Below are positions 37,457 to 47,451 of a stretch of DNA of 64,000 bases, piece after piece. Source of the DNA: Synergistales bacterium (GTDB lineage: Bacteria > Synergistota > Synergistia > Synergistales > JAFGMB01); NCBI GenBank assembly GCA_963666205.1, contig OY762654.1, positions 1,152,001-1,216,000 of the forward strand, written 5' to 3'. How positions within the stretch are numbered: position 1 is the stretch's first letter; each line of letters opens with the position of its first letter. The position numbers were made by a program, and so were the translations under genes. The notes beneath the pieces were generated by a model. The model was not told where the DNA came from and searched no databases. It saw only the letters and a program-made list of their open reading frames with translations.

Positions 37457-37546
37457 GTGAAATGTAATATCAGTACTGTTGTTTATTCCTTCAATCTACT
37501 AGGACTACTTGATCACTGCGGGTCTCCTCCCCGGAGTTGCAGGTAG
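37457..37546 (+). CDS. leuL: leu operon leader peptide (29 aa)
   Basis: RBS AAGGAGGT, GTG start; MKCNISTVVYSFNLLGLLDHCGSPPRSCR*; control codons CTA CTA GGA CTA CTT. Confidence 0.82.
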   Translation: MKCNISTVVYSFNLLGLLDHCGSPPRSCR

Positions 37547-37565
37547 TCTTTGGCTGCCTAATTCC

Positions 37566-37610
37566 AGGGCCGGAACCCCTTAAACGGGATTCCGGCCCTT
37601 TTTTTATTTT
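37566..37610 (+). terminator. Attenuator terminator 2 (leu)
   Basis: agggccggaaccc-cttaaac-gggattccggccct followed by a T-run. Confidence 0.88.
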
Positions 37611-37684
37611 TGCCCGGGTAAATACGGTTTTACCCGGATCAGAGACAAACATTCTGAAAGACATTTTAAAAAGGGAGTGACACA

Positions 37685-38950
37685 ATGGGAAAAACGCTTG
37701 CACAGGCAATAATTGAAGCACATTCAGAAGACAGGGCTGATATAGGTAATATCTGCCAGGTGAGGGTGGATTTCGCTTTCGCCAATGATATAACAGCCCC
37801 GCCAGCTATAAGATCCTTCCGTGATATGGGTGCAGAAAAGGTATTTGACAGGGAAAGATGTGCTATCCTTCCAGATCATTTCACCCCAAACAAGGACATA
37901 GCATCGGCACAGCAGGCAATGGAAGGGCGGAAATTCGCCAGGGAACAGCAGATGCTTTACTGGGAAGTGGGAAGGGTCGGGGTGGAACATGCCTTCCTTC
38001 CTGAAAAGGGCTACATCCTTCCTGGAGATATCGTTATGGGAGCAGACAGCCACACATGTACCGGCGGAACCCTCGGGGCCTTTTCCACAGGGGTAGGTTC
38101 CACTGACCTCGCCGCTGTATGGGCAACGGGAGAAAGCTGGCTCATGGTACCTCCGACCATCAAGGTCGTTTTCCAGGGGGAAAGACCGGAATGGATAACA
38201 GGCAAAGACATGGTACTCGCTCTTCTGGGAAAGATCGGGGTTCAGGGTGCCCGTTACAAGGCTCTTGAGTTCCATGGAGAAGCCCTTGGAAACCTTCCCC
38301 TGGATGACAGATTCTCCATCTCGAATATGGCCGTAGAGACCGGTGCCAAGACTGGACTTTTTGTTCCGGATGCAACGATCCTGGCCTATGCTGAGAAGAG
38401 AGCTTCCCGAAGCTTCAACCCCGTTTATCCTGACCGGGACGCCCAATATGAGCAGATCGTGGAAATAGATGTCCAGAGTATGGAACCTCTGGTTGCAGCA
38501 CCTCACTTACCATCAAATGTCCATCGGGCTAAAGAATTTTCAAAGGTCGAGATAGACCAGGTCTTTATAGGGTCATGTACCAACGGAAGACTGAGGGATA
38601 TAGAAATGGCTGCCAGTATTCTTAAGGGACGGAAGATCCATGACCGGGTCAGATGCATGATAATACCAGCCTCATATGAAGTCTATACGGAAGCGATGAA
38701 GAGAGGATACCTCGAGATCTTCACATCCGCTGGCGCTTCCATATGTACACCCACCTGCGGCCCATGCCTTGGGGGACATATGGGTATTCTGGCTGCGGGA
38801 GAAAAATGTGTTTCCACAAGTAACCGTAATTTCATAGGAAGAATGGGGCATACGGAAAGCGAAGTCTACCTTTCAAGCCCCCTTGTCGCTGCAGCAAGCG
38901 CAGTAACAGGACATATAACCGATCCGAGAGAAATGGAGGAACAGGAATGA
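37685..38950 (+). CDS. leuC: 3-isopropylmalate dehydratase large subunit
   Basis: DHFTP; GADSHTCT; FIGSCTNGR; CGPCLG; STSNRNF. Confidence 0.93.
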   Translation: MGKTLAQAIIEAHSEDRADIGNICQVRVDFAFANDITAPPAIRSFRDMGAEKVFDRERCAILPDHFTPNKDIASAQQAMEGRKFAREQQMLYWEVGRVGVEHAFLPEKGYILPGDIVMGADSHTCTGGTLGAFSTGVGSTDLAAVWATGESWLMVPPTIKVVFQGERPEWITGKDMVLALLGKIGVQGARYKALEFHGEALGNLPLDDRFSISNMAVETGAKTGLFVPDATILAYAEKRASRSFNPVYPDRDAQYEQIVEIDVQSMEPLVAAPHLPSNVHRAKEFSKVEIDQVFIGSCTNGRLRDIEMAASILKGRKIHDRVRCMIIPASYEVYTEAMKRGYLEIFTSAGASICTPTCGPCLGGHMGILAAGEKCVSTSNRNFIGRMGHTESEVYLSSPLVAAASAVTGHITDPREMEEQE

Positions 38951-39459
38951 ACCGTATGATCAGAGGTAGAGCATGGACCTTCGGAAATGATATAGACACC
39001 GATGTTATCATCCCTGCCAGATATCTTGTAACCAACGATGAAAAAGAACTGGGGAAGCATTGCATGGAAGATATAGACCCCGATTTCACGAAGAAGATCA
39101 GTAACGGTGATCTGATTGTGGGAGGGGAGAATTTCGGATGCGGATCCAGCCGTGAACATGCTCCCATAGCCTTCAAGGGGGCAGGAATATCCTGTGTTAT
39201 AGCTTCATCCTTTGCCAGGATCTTTTTCCGGAATGCCATTAACATCGGTCTGCCCATTTTTGTATGCCCTGAGGCAGCAAGGGATATCATCCAGGGAGAT
39301 ATTATCTCGGTTGATCCTTCAGAGGGAACTATTACCAATGAAACAAGGGACAGGGTATACTCCACTTCTCCCTTTCCACCCTTTCTCCAGCAGCTTATCG
39401 CGACTGGCGGATTGACCGCATACGTCAGAGAAAAAATACAGCCCAAGGGAAAGGACTGA
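38947..39459 (+). CDS. leuD: 3-isopropylmalate dehydratase small subunit
   Basis: DIDTDVIIPARYL; NFGCGSSREHA; SFARIFFRNAIN. Confidence 0.93.
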   Translation: MNRMIRGRAWTFGNDIDTDVIIPARYLVTNDEKELGKHCMEDIDPDFTKKISNGDLIVGGENFGCGSSREHAPIAFKGAGISCVIASSFARIFFRNAINIGLPIFVCPEAARDIIQGDIISVDPSEGTITNETRDRVYSTSPFPPFLQQLIATGGLTAYVREKIQPKGKD

Positions 39460-39463
39460 TCTG

Positions 39464-40597
39464 ATGATATCCCCTGGGAAATACAAGATAGCCCAGATCG
39501 CAGGAGATGGAATAGGCCCTGAAGTAATAGGGGAAGCCAGGAAAATAGCAGACCACTCAGGGAAGAAAAACGGCTTTGAGATCGAATGGAAAGACTATCC
39601 CTTCGGAGCCTCTCACTATCTGAAAACCGGAGAGATACTTCCCGAAACAGCCATAAAGGAAATGGAAGAGATGGATGCCATTCTTCTCGGTGCCATAGGA
39701 GATCCAAGGGTCAAGCCGGGAATCCTGGAAAGGGGAATTCTACTGACCCTCCGATTTCATTTTGACATGTACACGAACCTCAGGCCTGCAAAGAAATACC
39801 CGAGAGTTCCTCTTCCGATCAGGGTACCCGAAGAAAAGGAGCTTGATATCCTTGTGGTCAGGGAAAACACTGAGGATCTTTATATGGGAATGGGTTCCGC
39901 TTCAGATGGGCCGATAAGCTATGAAATGAACGTAAAGAGAGGACTCTACGAGCTTTCAGGTAAACTGGACATTAAACTTACACCCTCCACTCCTTCAGCT
40001 GTTCAGCTTGGAATAGCCAGCGAAAAAGGTGTAAGGAGGATAACGGCAAGGGCATGCAGGGAAGCGGATTCCAGGGGACTGCGGACTTTTACCCTGGCCT
40101 CCAAATCAAACGCAATGCCCCAGCTTTATGGTTTCTGGGAAGAAGTGGCCGCAGATGAGGCTGAAAAACACGGAATTGAAATGAAGATGGTGAACGTAGA
40201 TGCCCTCTGCTATCACCTCGTAAGAAATCCCTGGGAATACGGCGTTATATTGTGCCCCAATTTATTCGGAGATATCGTCAGCGATCTTCTTGCAGGATTG
40301 ACAGGGGGACTTGGAGTCGCCGCTGGAGCCAATATAGGTGACAGAATGGGAATGTATGAACCTATTCATGGTTCAGCCCCTGATATTGCAGGCAAAGGAA
40401 TGGCAAATCCTGTTGCTGCCATTCTTTCAGCATCCCTGATGCTCTCTTCAATTGGAGAAAACAAAGCCGCAGAGGATATCGAAAGTGCCGTATCAGACTA
40501 CCTCCAGGAATCCGATGACGAAGACCTGCCGGTAGAAATGGGAGGCAATGCCACTCCTGAAAAAGCCGGCCAGTTAATCCTGGAGAGGATCATTTGA
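39464..40597 (+). CDS. leuB: 3-isopropylmalate dehydrogenase
   Basis: GDGIGPEV; RENTEDLY; NLFGDIVSDL; EPIHGSAPDIAG; operon context. Confidence 0.88.
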   Translation: MISPGKYKIAQIAGDGIGPEVIGEARKIADHSGKKNGFEIEWKDYPFGASHYLKTGEILPETAIKEMEEMDAILLGAIGDPRVKPGILERGILLTLRFHFDMYTNLRPAKKYPRVPLPIRVPEEKELDILVVRENTEDLYMGMGSASDGPISYEMNVKRGLYELSGKLDIKLTPSTPSAVQLGIASEKGVRRITARACREADSRGLRTFTLASKSNAMPQLYGFWEEVAADEAEKHGIEMKMVNVDALCYHLVRNPWEYGVILCPNLFGDIVSDLLAGLTGGLGVAAGANIGDRMGMYEPIHGSAPDIAGKGMANPVAAILSASLMLSSIGENKAAEDIESAVSDYLQESDDEDLPVEMGGNATPEKAGQLILERII

Positions 40598-40678
40598 CAA
40601 TCAGCAAAGAAGAATAACATTTCTGGTAACAACAGGTAAAAGGGGATCGTTTTCATCAGAAGGAAAGGGGAAGTAGCT

Positions 40679-42232
40679 ATGAACCATGATCACGTTCGTA
40701 TTTTTGATACAACTTTAAGGGACGGCGAACAGGCAGCAAGGATCAATCTGAATACGGCCGAAAAAATTCAGATCGCAAGACAACTTGAAAAACTTAAGGT
40801 GGACATTATCGAGGCAGGGTTCCCTGCAGCTTCCCAGGGTGACATGGAGGCAGTTAAAGTAATTTCCGAAGCCATAAGGGGTCCCGTCATAACAGGTCTT
40901 GCAAGATGTTCCGGAAATGACGTGGACGCGGCAGGGAAAGCCCTGATAAATGCATCCAGACCAAGGATCCATACCTTTATCGCCACCAGCGACATCCACC
41001 TAAGGGATAAGCTGAAAATGACAAGGAAAGAAGTTCTGGAAAGTGTACAGAAATGGGTTTCCCATGCCAGGTCCATTGTCAAGGATGTTGAATTTTCAGC
41101 TGAGGATGCGAGCCGTACAGATATAGATTTTCTGGTTGAGATATTTCAGGCAGCCATAGCAAGCGGAGCAACCACACTGAATATTCCTGATACAGTCGGA
41201 TATGCTGTACCCCATGAATTTGCAGAGATGGTAAGAGAGGTCATTACAAGAACCGGCGCAGGGAAAGATATCATCTGGTCTGTCCACGCTCATAACGACC
41301 TTGGCCTGGCCGTCATCAATTCCCTTGAGGCGGTTAGGAATGGAGTACGGCAGGTTGAGTGCACAATAAACGGAATAGGCGAAAGGGCCGGAAATGCTTC
41401 TCTGGAAGAGATCGTGATGGGCCTTCGCACAAGAAGTGATCATTTTGGAGTCCAGACCCGGCTTGAAACCTCTCAGCTATATTCAACAAGCCACCTGGTT
41501 TCCAAACTGACCGGCTTCAATGTTCCGCCCAACAAGGCTATAGTGGGATCTAACGCCTTTGCTCATGAAGCGGGGATCCACCAGCATGGCATGCTCTGCA
41601 ACAGATCTACCTACGAAATAATGAATCCTGAAGATGTAGGGGCTCCCTCTACAGATCTCGTCCTCGGGAAACATTCTGGACACCATGCCTTCCGGGAGAA
41701 GGTCGAAGAGATGGGTTACCATCTTTCCCGGGATGAGATGAAAGAAGCCTTTTCTCTTTTCAAGGAACTCTGCGACAGGAAGGAAATGGTAAGTTCAGAA
41801 GACATAGAGATCCTCATAATTGATGAGATCCTTGCAATCACACCCGAAAGGAAATACATTCTGACAGACTTCAATGTTCACACAACAAAGGGGCAGGCCT
41901 CTGCAGGAATAAGTCTCCGGAATGGAGAGACCATAATGAGTGATGCCGCCACAGGAAATGGGCCTATAGATGCAGCTTACGCTGCCATCAGGCGGATAAT
42001 TGATATGGACACACAGCTGGTAAGTTATCAGATAGATGCTGCCAGCGAGAAGTCTGATGCCATCGGAGAAGCCCATATCACACTGGAACTCCAGGGCCTT
42101 GTTTCCCAGGGAAGGGGTGCAAGCACAGATATCGTCGAAGCCAGCATAAAGGCGTATATCAATGCCGTTAACAGATTGTTCCAGCTTGCTGCAGCCCGGG
42201 GCGTAGACCTTGAAATAGAAAAGGCTTCATAA
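40679..42232 (+). CDS. leuA: 2-isopropylmalate synthase
   Basis: FDTTLRDGEQ; HAHNDLG; GERAGN; HEAGIHQHG; C-terminal regulatory GNGPIDA. Confidence 0.93.
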   Translation: MNHDHVRIFDTTLRDGEQAARINLNTAEKIQIARQLEKLKVDIIEAGFPAASQGDMEAVKVISEAIRGPVITGLARCSGNDVDAAGKALINASRPRIHTFIATSDIHLRDKLKMTRKEVLESVQKWVSHARSIVKDVEFSAEDASRTDIDFLVEIFQAAIASGATTLNIPDTVGYAVPHEFAEMVREVITRTGAGKDIIWSVHAHNDLGLAVINSLEAVRNGVRQVECTINGIGERAGNASLEEIVMGLRTRSDHFGVQTRLETSQLYSTSHLVSKLTGFNVPPNKAIVGSNAFAHEAGIHQHGMLCNRSTYEIMNPEDVGAPSTDLVLGKHSGHHAFREKVEEMGYHLSRDEMKEAFSLFKELCDRKEMVSSEDIEILIIDEILAITPERKYILTDFNVHTTKGQASAGISLRNGETIMSDAATGNGPIDAAYAAIRRIIDMDTQLVSYQIDAASEKSDAIGEAHITLELQGLVSQGRGASTDIVEASIKAYINAVNRLFQLAAARGVDLEIEKAS

Positions 42233-42318
42233 ATCTCAGACTACAGATCAGATAAGGGGAGGACCCTGGGGATAATCCATTCTATGATGAAACAGGAATT
42301 GCCTCCCTTTATCTGTGA

Positions 42319-42714
42319 TCAGGAGGATACCCTTACAAAGACGGTCCGATCTCTGGGACCGTCGAACTCACAGAAAAATATACCCTGCCAGGTTCCCAGG
42401 ATGATTTCCCCCTCATCAATAATTAAGGTTATAGAGGAACCGATGACACTGGCTTTGATGTGGGCTGCAGAATTCCCTTCCAGGTGATGATAACTGTCTT
42501 CCATGGGGATCACCCTGTCAAGCTCGTGGAGGATATCTCTTTTTACATCCCTGTCAGCATTTTCATTTATAGTAACTCCAGCGGTGGTATGGGGAATAAA
42601 TATATGACAGGTCCCTTCGGATATTTCAGCCCTTTCGACTATTCTCTGTACCATAATAGTGATATCCTTCATTTCCATTTTTGATACCGTTCTTATTTCA
42701 AGTTTTTCCAGCAC
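42319..42714 (-). CDS. yjbQ: YjbQ/UPF0047 family protein
   Basis: PHTTAGVTINENAD; HLEGNSAAHIK; LGTWQGIFFCEFDGPR; GTG start after GAGGAGG. Confidence 0.9.
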   Translation of the reverse strand: MLEKLEIRTVSKMEMKDITIMVQRIVERAEISEGTCHIFIPHTTAGVTINENADRDVKRDILHELDRVIPMEDSYHHLEGNSAAHIKASVIGSSITLIIDEGEIILGTWQGIFFCEFDGPRDRTVFVRVSS

Positions 42715-43022
42715 TTTCTTTCCCTCCTCTACCGAAACATTCATGATGGAACAGTGAAAGTGGTATCTTTTCATTTTCAGGATACTTCTCTAAAAGGATC
42801 GTCTTTTCGGGAACTTTGAAATCTCCCCTTTCAGATCCAGGCATCAGAACTGTTCCTGGAAGGAAAAGTATTGATCTGGCCGATACCGTAATGAATTTTC
42901 CCCTTTCATGTTCAGAAATTCAACAATAGTCACTGATCAGCATTTCGGCAAGACATTATATTCATCCATCCTCTTGAAGTTTCAATTGATTAATGGATAA
43001 TAATTCGTAGGGAGGCCTTAAA

Positions 43023-44234
43023 ATGACTTATCTGAAAAGATCCCTTGAAACCAGAATTATGGAAGCGGAAAGGAACTTTCCCCTGCTCCTGATATCCGGC
43101 CCGAGAGGAACGGGGAAAACATCTCTTATACGCTCTCTTTTTCCAGACAGGTACAATTATGTTCCCCTTGAATCCAGGGGAATAAGTATCATGGCCCGGG
43201 AACACCCCGACAGTTTTCTGGAAATTCATTCAGGACCGGTCATTCTTGACGGGATTGACAGAGCACCTGAACTTCTTCCCTTTATTGCACAAAGTATCAA
43301 TCGAATTTCAGGCAGGGGACATTTCATCCTTATCAGTTCCAGGGACCTTTTCCCTGCCAGGGCATTCTCTTCCATAGATAGCGATCTCATGGCCTGGTTT
43401 TCCCTTTTTCCTTTCACATCAGCGGAATTTTCGGGCAATAAGGAGTCCTTCCTCCCCTGGGAAGAGGGACAAAAACTACACAATCCTTTTATGAACGGCT
43501 CTTTTCTATGGCAGAACCTTTTCAGAGGGTTTTTCCCCGAGATCGCAGGTAAGGGCGACATGGATCCCACCCAGTGGCATACTTCTTACCTGGAAAGGGT
43601 CATAGAAGAAGATATACGGTTCCTGAGGAAAAAGGTCCCTCCCCATGGGATAAGAAAACTCCTTCATATCCTTGCAATAAAAACCGGAGAACCATTGAAT
43701 TTCTCCGAAATTGCCCGCAGCCTGGGAATGACCCTTCATATCCTTAAAGCATGGGTGAATCTTCTGGTGGAAACATATCAGATATTCCTGCTGCCACCCC
43801 TGGTTCACGGGACCAGCAAACCGGTGATAAAGTCTCCAAAAGCTTATTTCAGCGACACCGGACTTCTCTGTCATGTTCTTGGCATAAAATCTTCCTCGGA
43901 AGCAGAAAAAAGTCCTTACAGAGAAAAGATCTTTGAAACAGCCGTAATAGGCGAGGTCTTCAAAAGGTTAATTCACAAGGCGGGAATTGCGGATATATAT
44001 TTCTGGAAAAAAGCCACGGGAATGGAAATAAGTCTAGCCGTTAAGAACGGTGGACTTCTTGTTCCGCTGGAGGTATCTACAGACATTGAAAAGGAAGAAA
44101 AAGCTGATAAGGGAATAAGATTCTTCAGAAAGGAATTCGGCAAAAGGGTCGGTACAGGATATGTTATCAATCCGGGAAAGTACAATCTGCCCTTGACCCG
44201 GGGAATTAATGCCCTTCCCTTTTCAAAACTTTAA
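43023..44234 (+). CDS. AAA_14 ATPase with DUF4143 (degenerate motifs)
   Basis: SGPRGTGKT; SPKAYFSDTGL; IFET. Confidence 0.82.
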   Translation: MTYLKRSLETRIMEAERNFPLLLISGPRGTGKTSLIRSLFPDRYNYVPLESRGISIMAREHPDSFLEIHSGPVILDGIDRAPELLPFIAQSINRISGRGHFILISSRDLFPARAFSSIDSDLMAWFSLFPFTSAEFSGNKESFLPWEEGQKLHNPFMNGSFLWQNLFRGFFPEIAGKGDMDPTQWHTSYLERVIEEDIRFLRKKVPPHGIRKLLHILAIKTGEPLNFSEIARSLGMTLHILKAWVNLLVETYQIFLLPPLVHGTSKPVIKSPKAYFSDTGLLCHVLGIKSSSEAEKSPYREKIFETAVIGEVFKRLIHKAGIADIYFWKKATGMEISLAVKNGGLLVPLEVSTDIEKEEKADKGIRFFRKEFGKRVGTGYVINPGKYNLPLTRGINALPFSKL

Positions 44235-44358
44235 GAAGCTGCCAACCTTGATTTCCTTAAAAAATAAAGGAGCGGAATAACATTCCGACCCCTTTCTTCA
44301 GGTTTTAATATTCTGACCTGGGTATTCTAAATTAAAATCATGATCCTGAATCTGTAAT

Positions 44359-45276
44359 TCATAGAATTCTCAAACCGTTCTCTTCAGCCAGCATCTCCAG
44401 GATCCTTGCTCCCGCCACAGAATTACCCCTGTAATCAAGGGCAGGACCAAAAACTCCTATCCCCATCATTCCGGGAAGAGAAGACATTATGCCGCCGCCT
44501 ACCCCGCTTTTACAGGGCATGCCTATTCTTACGGCAAATTCCCCCGAACCGTCATAAGTACCGCATGTCACCATCAATGCCCTGATTATCCGGCAGATCT
44601 CCGGAGAAAGGACATCTTCTTCCGTATAGGGGTTTCTTCCATCTTCAGCAATGGTGGCACCCATAACAGCAAGATCCTTTGCCGAGACCTCCATACTGCA
44701 ATGTCTGAAATAAACATCCAGAATCTCTTCTACATCTCCATCAATACCCTGTGTACTGCTAAGGAAATATGCCAGGGCCCTGTTTCTCTCCCCGGTAAAT
44801 TTTTCAGACATATAGACTTCCTTGTTGATGTTTATGGAAGTATTTCCAGTAAGCTGCCTGGTCATATCCAGAATGGCATCCATCTTCGCATCATTATCCG
44901 AATAAGGAAGTATGGAAGCCAGTACAATGGCTCCACTATTTATAAAGGGATTATGAGGTTTATGGGGTTTATCCATTTCAAGACGCATTATGGAATTGAA
45001 AGGATCTGCTACTGCTTCCATTCCAACTTTGGAAAAAACAATATCCTCTCCCAGTTCCATCAAGGCAAGAGAAAGGGTAACCACCTTTGAAATGGACTGC
45101 ATGGTAAATAGCTGGTCATAATCCCCTGCCGTGTATATATTCCCTTTAACATCAGCGATCGCCGCCCCCAGGGCCATGGGATCTGCCTTTCCAAGCTCCG
45201 GTATATAAGATGCGACCTTCCCGGTGGTACACCAGGGACTGCAGGCCTTGACTGTCTGTTCCAGTATCATCTGCAA
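44359..45276 (-). CDS. glsA: Glutaminase A
   Basis: GKVASYIPEL; MQSISK; NPFINSGA; YDGSGEFA; KSGVGGG. Confidence 0.93.
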   Translation of the reverse strand: MQMILEQTVKACSPWCTTGKVASYIPELGKADPMALGAAIADVKGNIYTAGDYDQLFTMQSISKVVTLSLALMELGEDIVFSKVGMEAVADPFNSIMRLEMDKPHKPHNPFINSGAIVLASILPYSDNDAKMDAILDMTRQLTGNTSININKEVYMSEKFTGERNRALAYFLSSTQGIDGDVEEILDVYFRHCSMEVSAKDLAVMGATIAEDGRNPYTEEDVLSPEICRIIRALMVTCGTYDGSGEFAVRIGMPCKSGVGGGIMSSLPGMMGIGVFGPALDYRGNSVAGARILEMLAEENGLRIL

Positions 45277-45540
45277 TTACATCCCCCCCCAGATCTATCA
45301 GATAAACTATCTGAAAATATCAAAGAAATGTTCTTTGAAGTACATGATAGCATGATGGCTGATTTTTCTGAACTATTGCAACTTCTTTAAATCTGATTTT
45401 ATCTGTGAATTGAAACATACTGGTAACATAGCTGCAACAGAACATTAACAATATTATGCTATCTTTCTTTCGGTTGAACATGAAAACCTGCCATTAGAGT
45501 TTTTCTCCCTGACTCACAAATACACCTCTTGAAATGAAAG

Positions 45541-45583
45541 CGTAATTGACGGTTACCGCTCCCCTCGGTAACCGTCAATTACG
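45541..45583. repeat. Perfect 18-bp inverted repeat in a divergent intergenic region
   Basis: cgtaattgacggttaccg-ctcccct-cggtaaccgtcaattacg. Confidence 0.85.
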
Positions 45584-45821
45584 TTCAGGGATGGATTGTT
45601 CCTGCCATATCTAATATAATTTCAATATACAGCCTTCTTTCATATAACAGTCTATGTACAGATCACCCTTTTCCTTTCTTTTCTCAGTCCATTCCATCCC
45701 CTTCCATATCTGCCTCTTTTCATTACAACCGACCTGCTTTTTGTAATTGCGTGAAAAGAGATGGGAAAACCCCTGGAGAAAAAGGTCACACCTTTATTTA
45801 CACGGAGAGGAGAATCGAAGG

Positions 45822-46253
45822 ATGAAGAGAATGATCGCAGGAAGGGTAATTATGATCTTCTGTATCTTATGCTGTGTCACATCTCCATCAGCAGGTGCAA
45901 CAAGAGCCTACGATCCTGCACCAGCCGATGGGTCGGGAAGTGTTCCCCTTCAACCTGTTTTCAGTTGGAAATATGAGGGGGACAGCTGCAATGTCTATGG
46001 AGGCATTTCCCCTCAGGATCTCAGGCTTGTCATGTCCTATACCACGATGACATGGGTCGAATCGCCTCAAAAGCTGCCTTTCGATACTGTTTTTTTCTGG
46101 CGGGTGGACGTCAACTCCGGAGATCAGGTTCTTGAAGGAGACATCTGGTCATTCAGGACCGAATCGCTTTCGGACTCGGTAGGCTGCAGTTTAACAAAAG
46201 GGGTTTCCTGGTTACCTGTTATTTTACCTCTTTTTATTTTACTGCTGAGATAA
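45822..46253 (+). CDS. Secreted protein with FN3-like domain and SYNERG-CTERM-like sorting tail
   Basis: Signal peptide; WRVDV..GDIWSFRT; C-terminal SVGCSLTKGVSWLPVILPLFILLLR. Confidence 0.72.
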   Translation: MKRMIAGRVIMIFCILCCVTSPSAGATRAYDPAPADGSGSVPLQPVFSWKYEGDSCNVYGGISPQDLRLVMSYTTMTWVESPQKLPFDTVFFWRVDVNSGDQVLEGDIWSFRTESLSDSVGCSLTKGVSWLPVILPLFILLLR

Positions 46254-46365
46254 AACAGGGTTCTTCCTGTTGATCCAGTATCATTGCCTTGAAAGAAGGG
46301 GAAGGGTTGCAATCCTGTAAGAAAGCCTTTTACATGAGGTATATCCTTTCCCTTTAATAGAAGAT

Positions 46366-46406
46366 AGACAAGAGAAGGGTCCCCCGAGGGAACCCTTCTC
46401 TTGTCT
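46366..46406. terminator. Bidirectional terminator
   Basis: agacaagagaagggt..acccttctcttgtct between convergent genes. Confidence 0.75.
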
Positions 46407-46437
46407 TAATTACAGAACCTGCGTATCTCTTCTCTGA

Positions 46438-47190
46438 TCACTGTTCCCATTTCTGCTCTATGGAAGCAAGAGTTCCATCCTCTTTCAGTGCTTTCAGCGC
46501 CTTGTTAACTGCATCAAGGAGAAGGGTATCTGCCTTGTTCATAGCAAATGCCTTGGGGGCTCCTTCGAGTTCCACCGCAAATGCCACTTTCAGCTTACCC
46601 TCAAACTGATCAGAGCCGGCATAATCCTTAGCAACAGGCTCATCCATAAATGCCGCATCTACACGGTTCAGGGATATTTCCCTTACTGCATCATCAAGTT
46701 TGCTGAATTTCCTGACCTCCACCCCTTCAAGACCCGAAACATAGAGGTCTTCTGTAGTCCCTAACTGAACTGAGACTTTTTTGCCCTTAAGATCATCCAG
46801 CCCCTTTATACTGTCATCATCTTTCAATGTGATAAAAGCACTGAAGGTTATAACATATGGATCTGAAAAATTAACTTTTTTGCTCCGTTCGGATGTCACG
46901 CTCATGCAGGCAGCTATCATGTCTATCTTGTTGGTCAGAAGGGCAGGAATAAGTCCGTCAAAAGCCATATCAACCCATTCCACTTTTTTGCCCATTTTTT
47001 CTGCCACAGCGTTGACCAGGTCGATATCATAACCTACAAGAGCACCTGATTTATCGTGAAATTCGAAGGGAGGATAGGTTCCTTCAGTTCCGACAACAAT
47101 AACATCCTTATCCATTACAGATGCTGCAAAAGCCGTTCCGGCAATTAGGATAAGGGCCAATACCGCAAAAATAGATACTATTTTTTTCAT
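46438..47190 (-). CDS. Polar amino acid ABC transporter substrate-binding protein (SBP_bac_3), no permease adjacent
   Basis: Signal peptide; VGTEGTYPPFE; GYDIDL; FDGLIPAL; NFSDPY; VQLGTT. Confidence 0.92.
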   Translation of the reverse strand: MKKIVSIFAVLALILIAGTAFAASVMDKDVIVVGTEGTYPPFEFHDKSGALVGYDIDLVNAVAEKMGKKVEWVDMAFDGLIPALLTNKIDMIAACMSVTSERSKKVNFSDPYVITFSAFITLKDDDSIKGLDDLKGKKVSVQLGTTEDLYVSGLEGVEVRKFSKLDDAVREISLNRVDAAFMDEPVAKDYAGSDQFEGKLKVAFAVELEGAPKAFAMNKADTLLLDAVNKALKALKEDGTLASIEQKWEQ

Positions 47191-47451
47191 AATATCTCCT
47201 CCTTGAATATATATTTGTTTATTTTTTAGTTTATAATTTTACTTGAGTTTATTAATAGGGTTTATTATACTCCATGAAACTTTCATGTCAAACTCATGAT
47301 AGCATCCTGATTGAATTGCCATATCTTCTGCATATCCCGGTCTGATAACATGAATTCCCTGAATTCGATAACAAGATAGAACACAATTTAATTCTGAGGA
47401 CTCATATGATTGAAAGATTTCAGTGTAAAATGGCACTAATCCAACCAGGAG

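Noticed and set aside
37411-37684. T-box riboswitch upstream of leuC
   Set aside because: No AAUUAGGGUGGUACCGCG-like T-box sequence; a leader peptide explains the region
37685-42232. Homoaconitase/alpha-aminoadipate lysine pathway reading of leuCDBA, linked to the saccharopine DHs
   Set aside because: The Leu-codon leader and a LeuA with a regulatory domain indicate leucine biosynthesis
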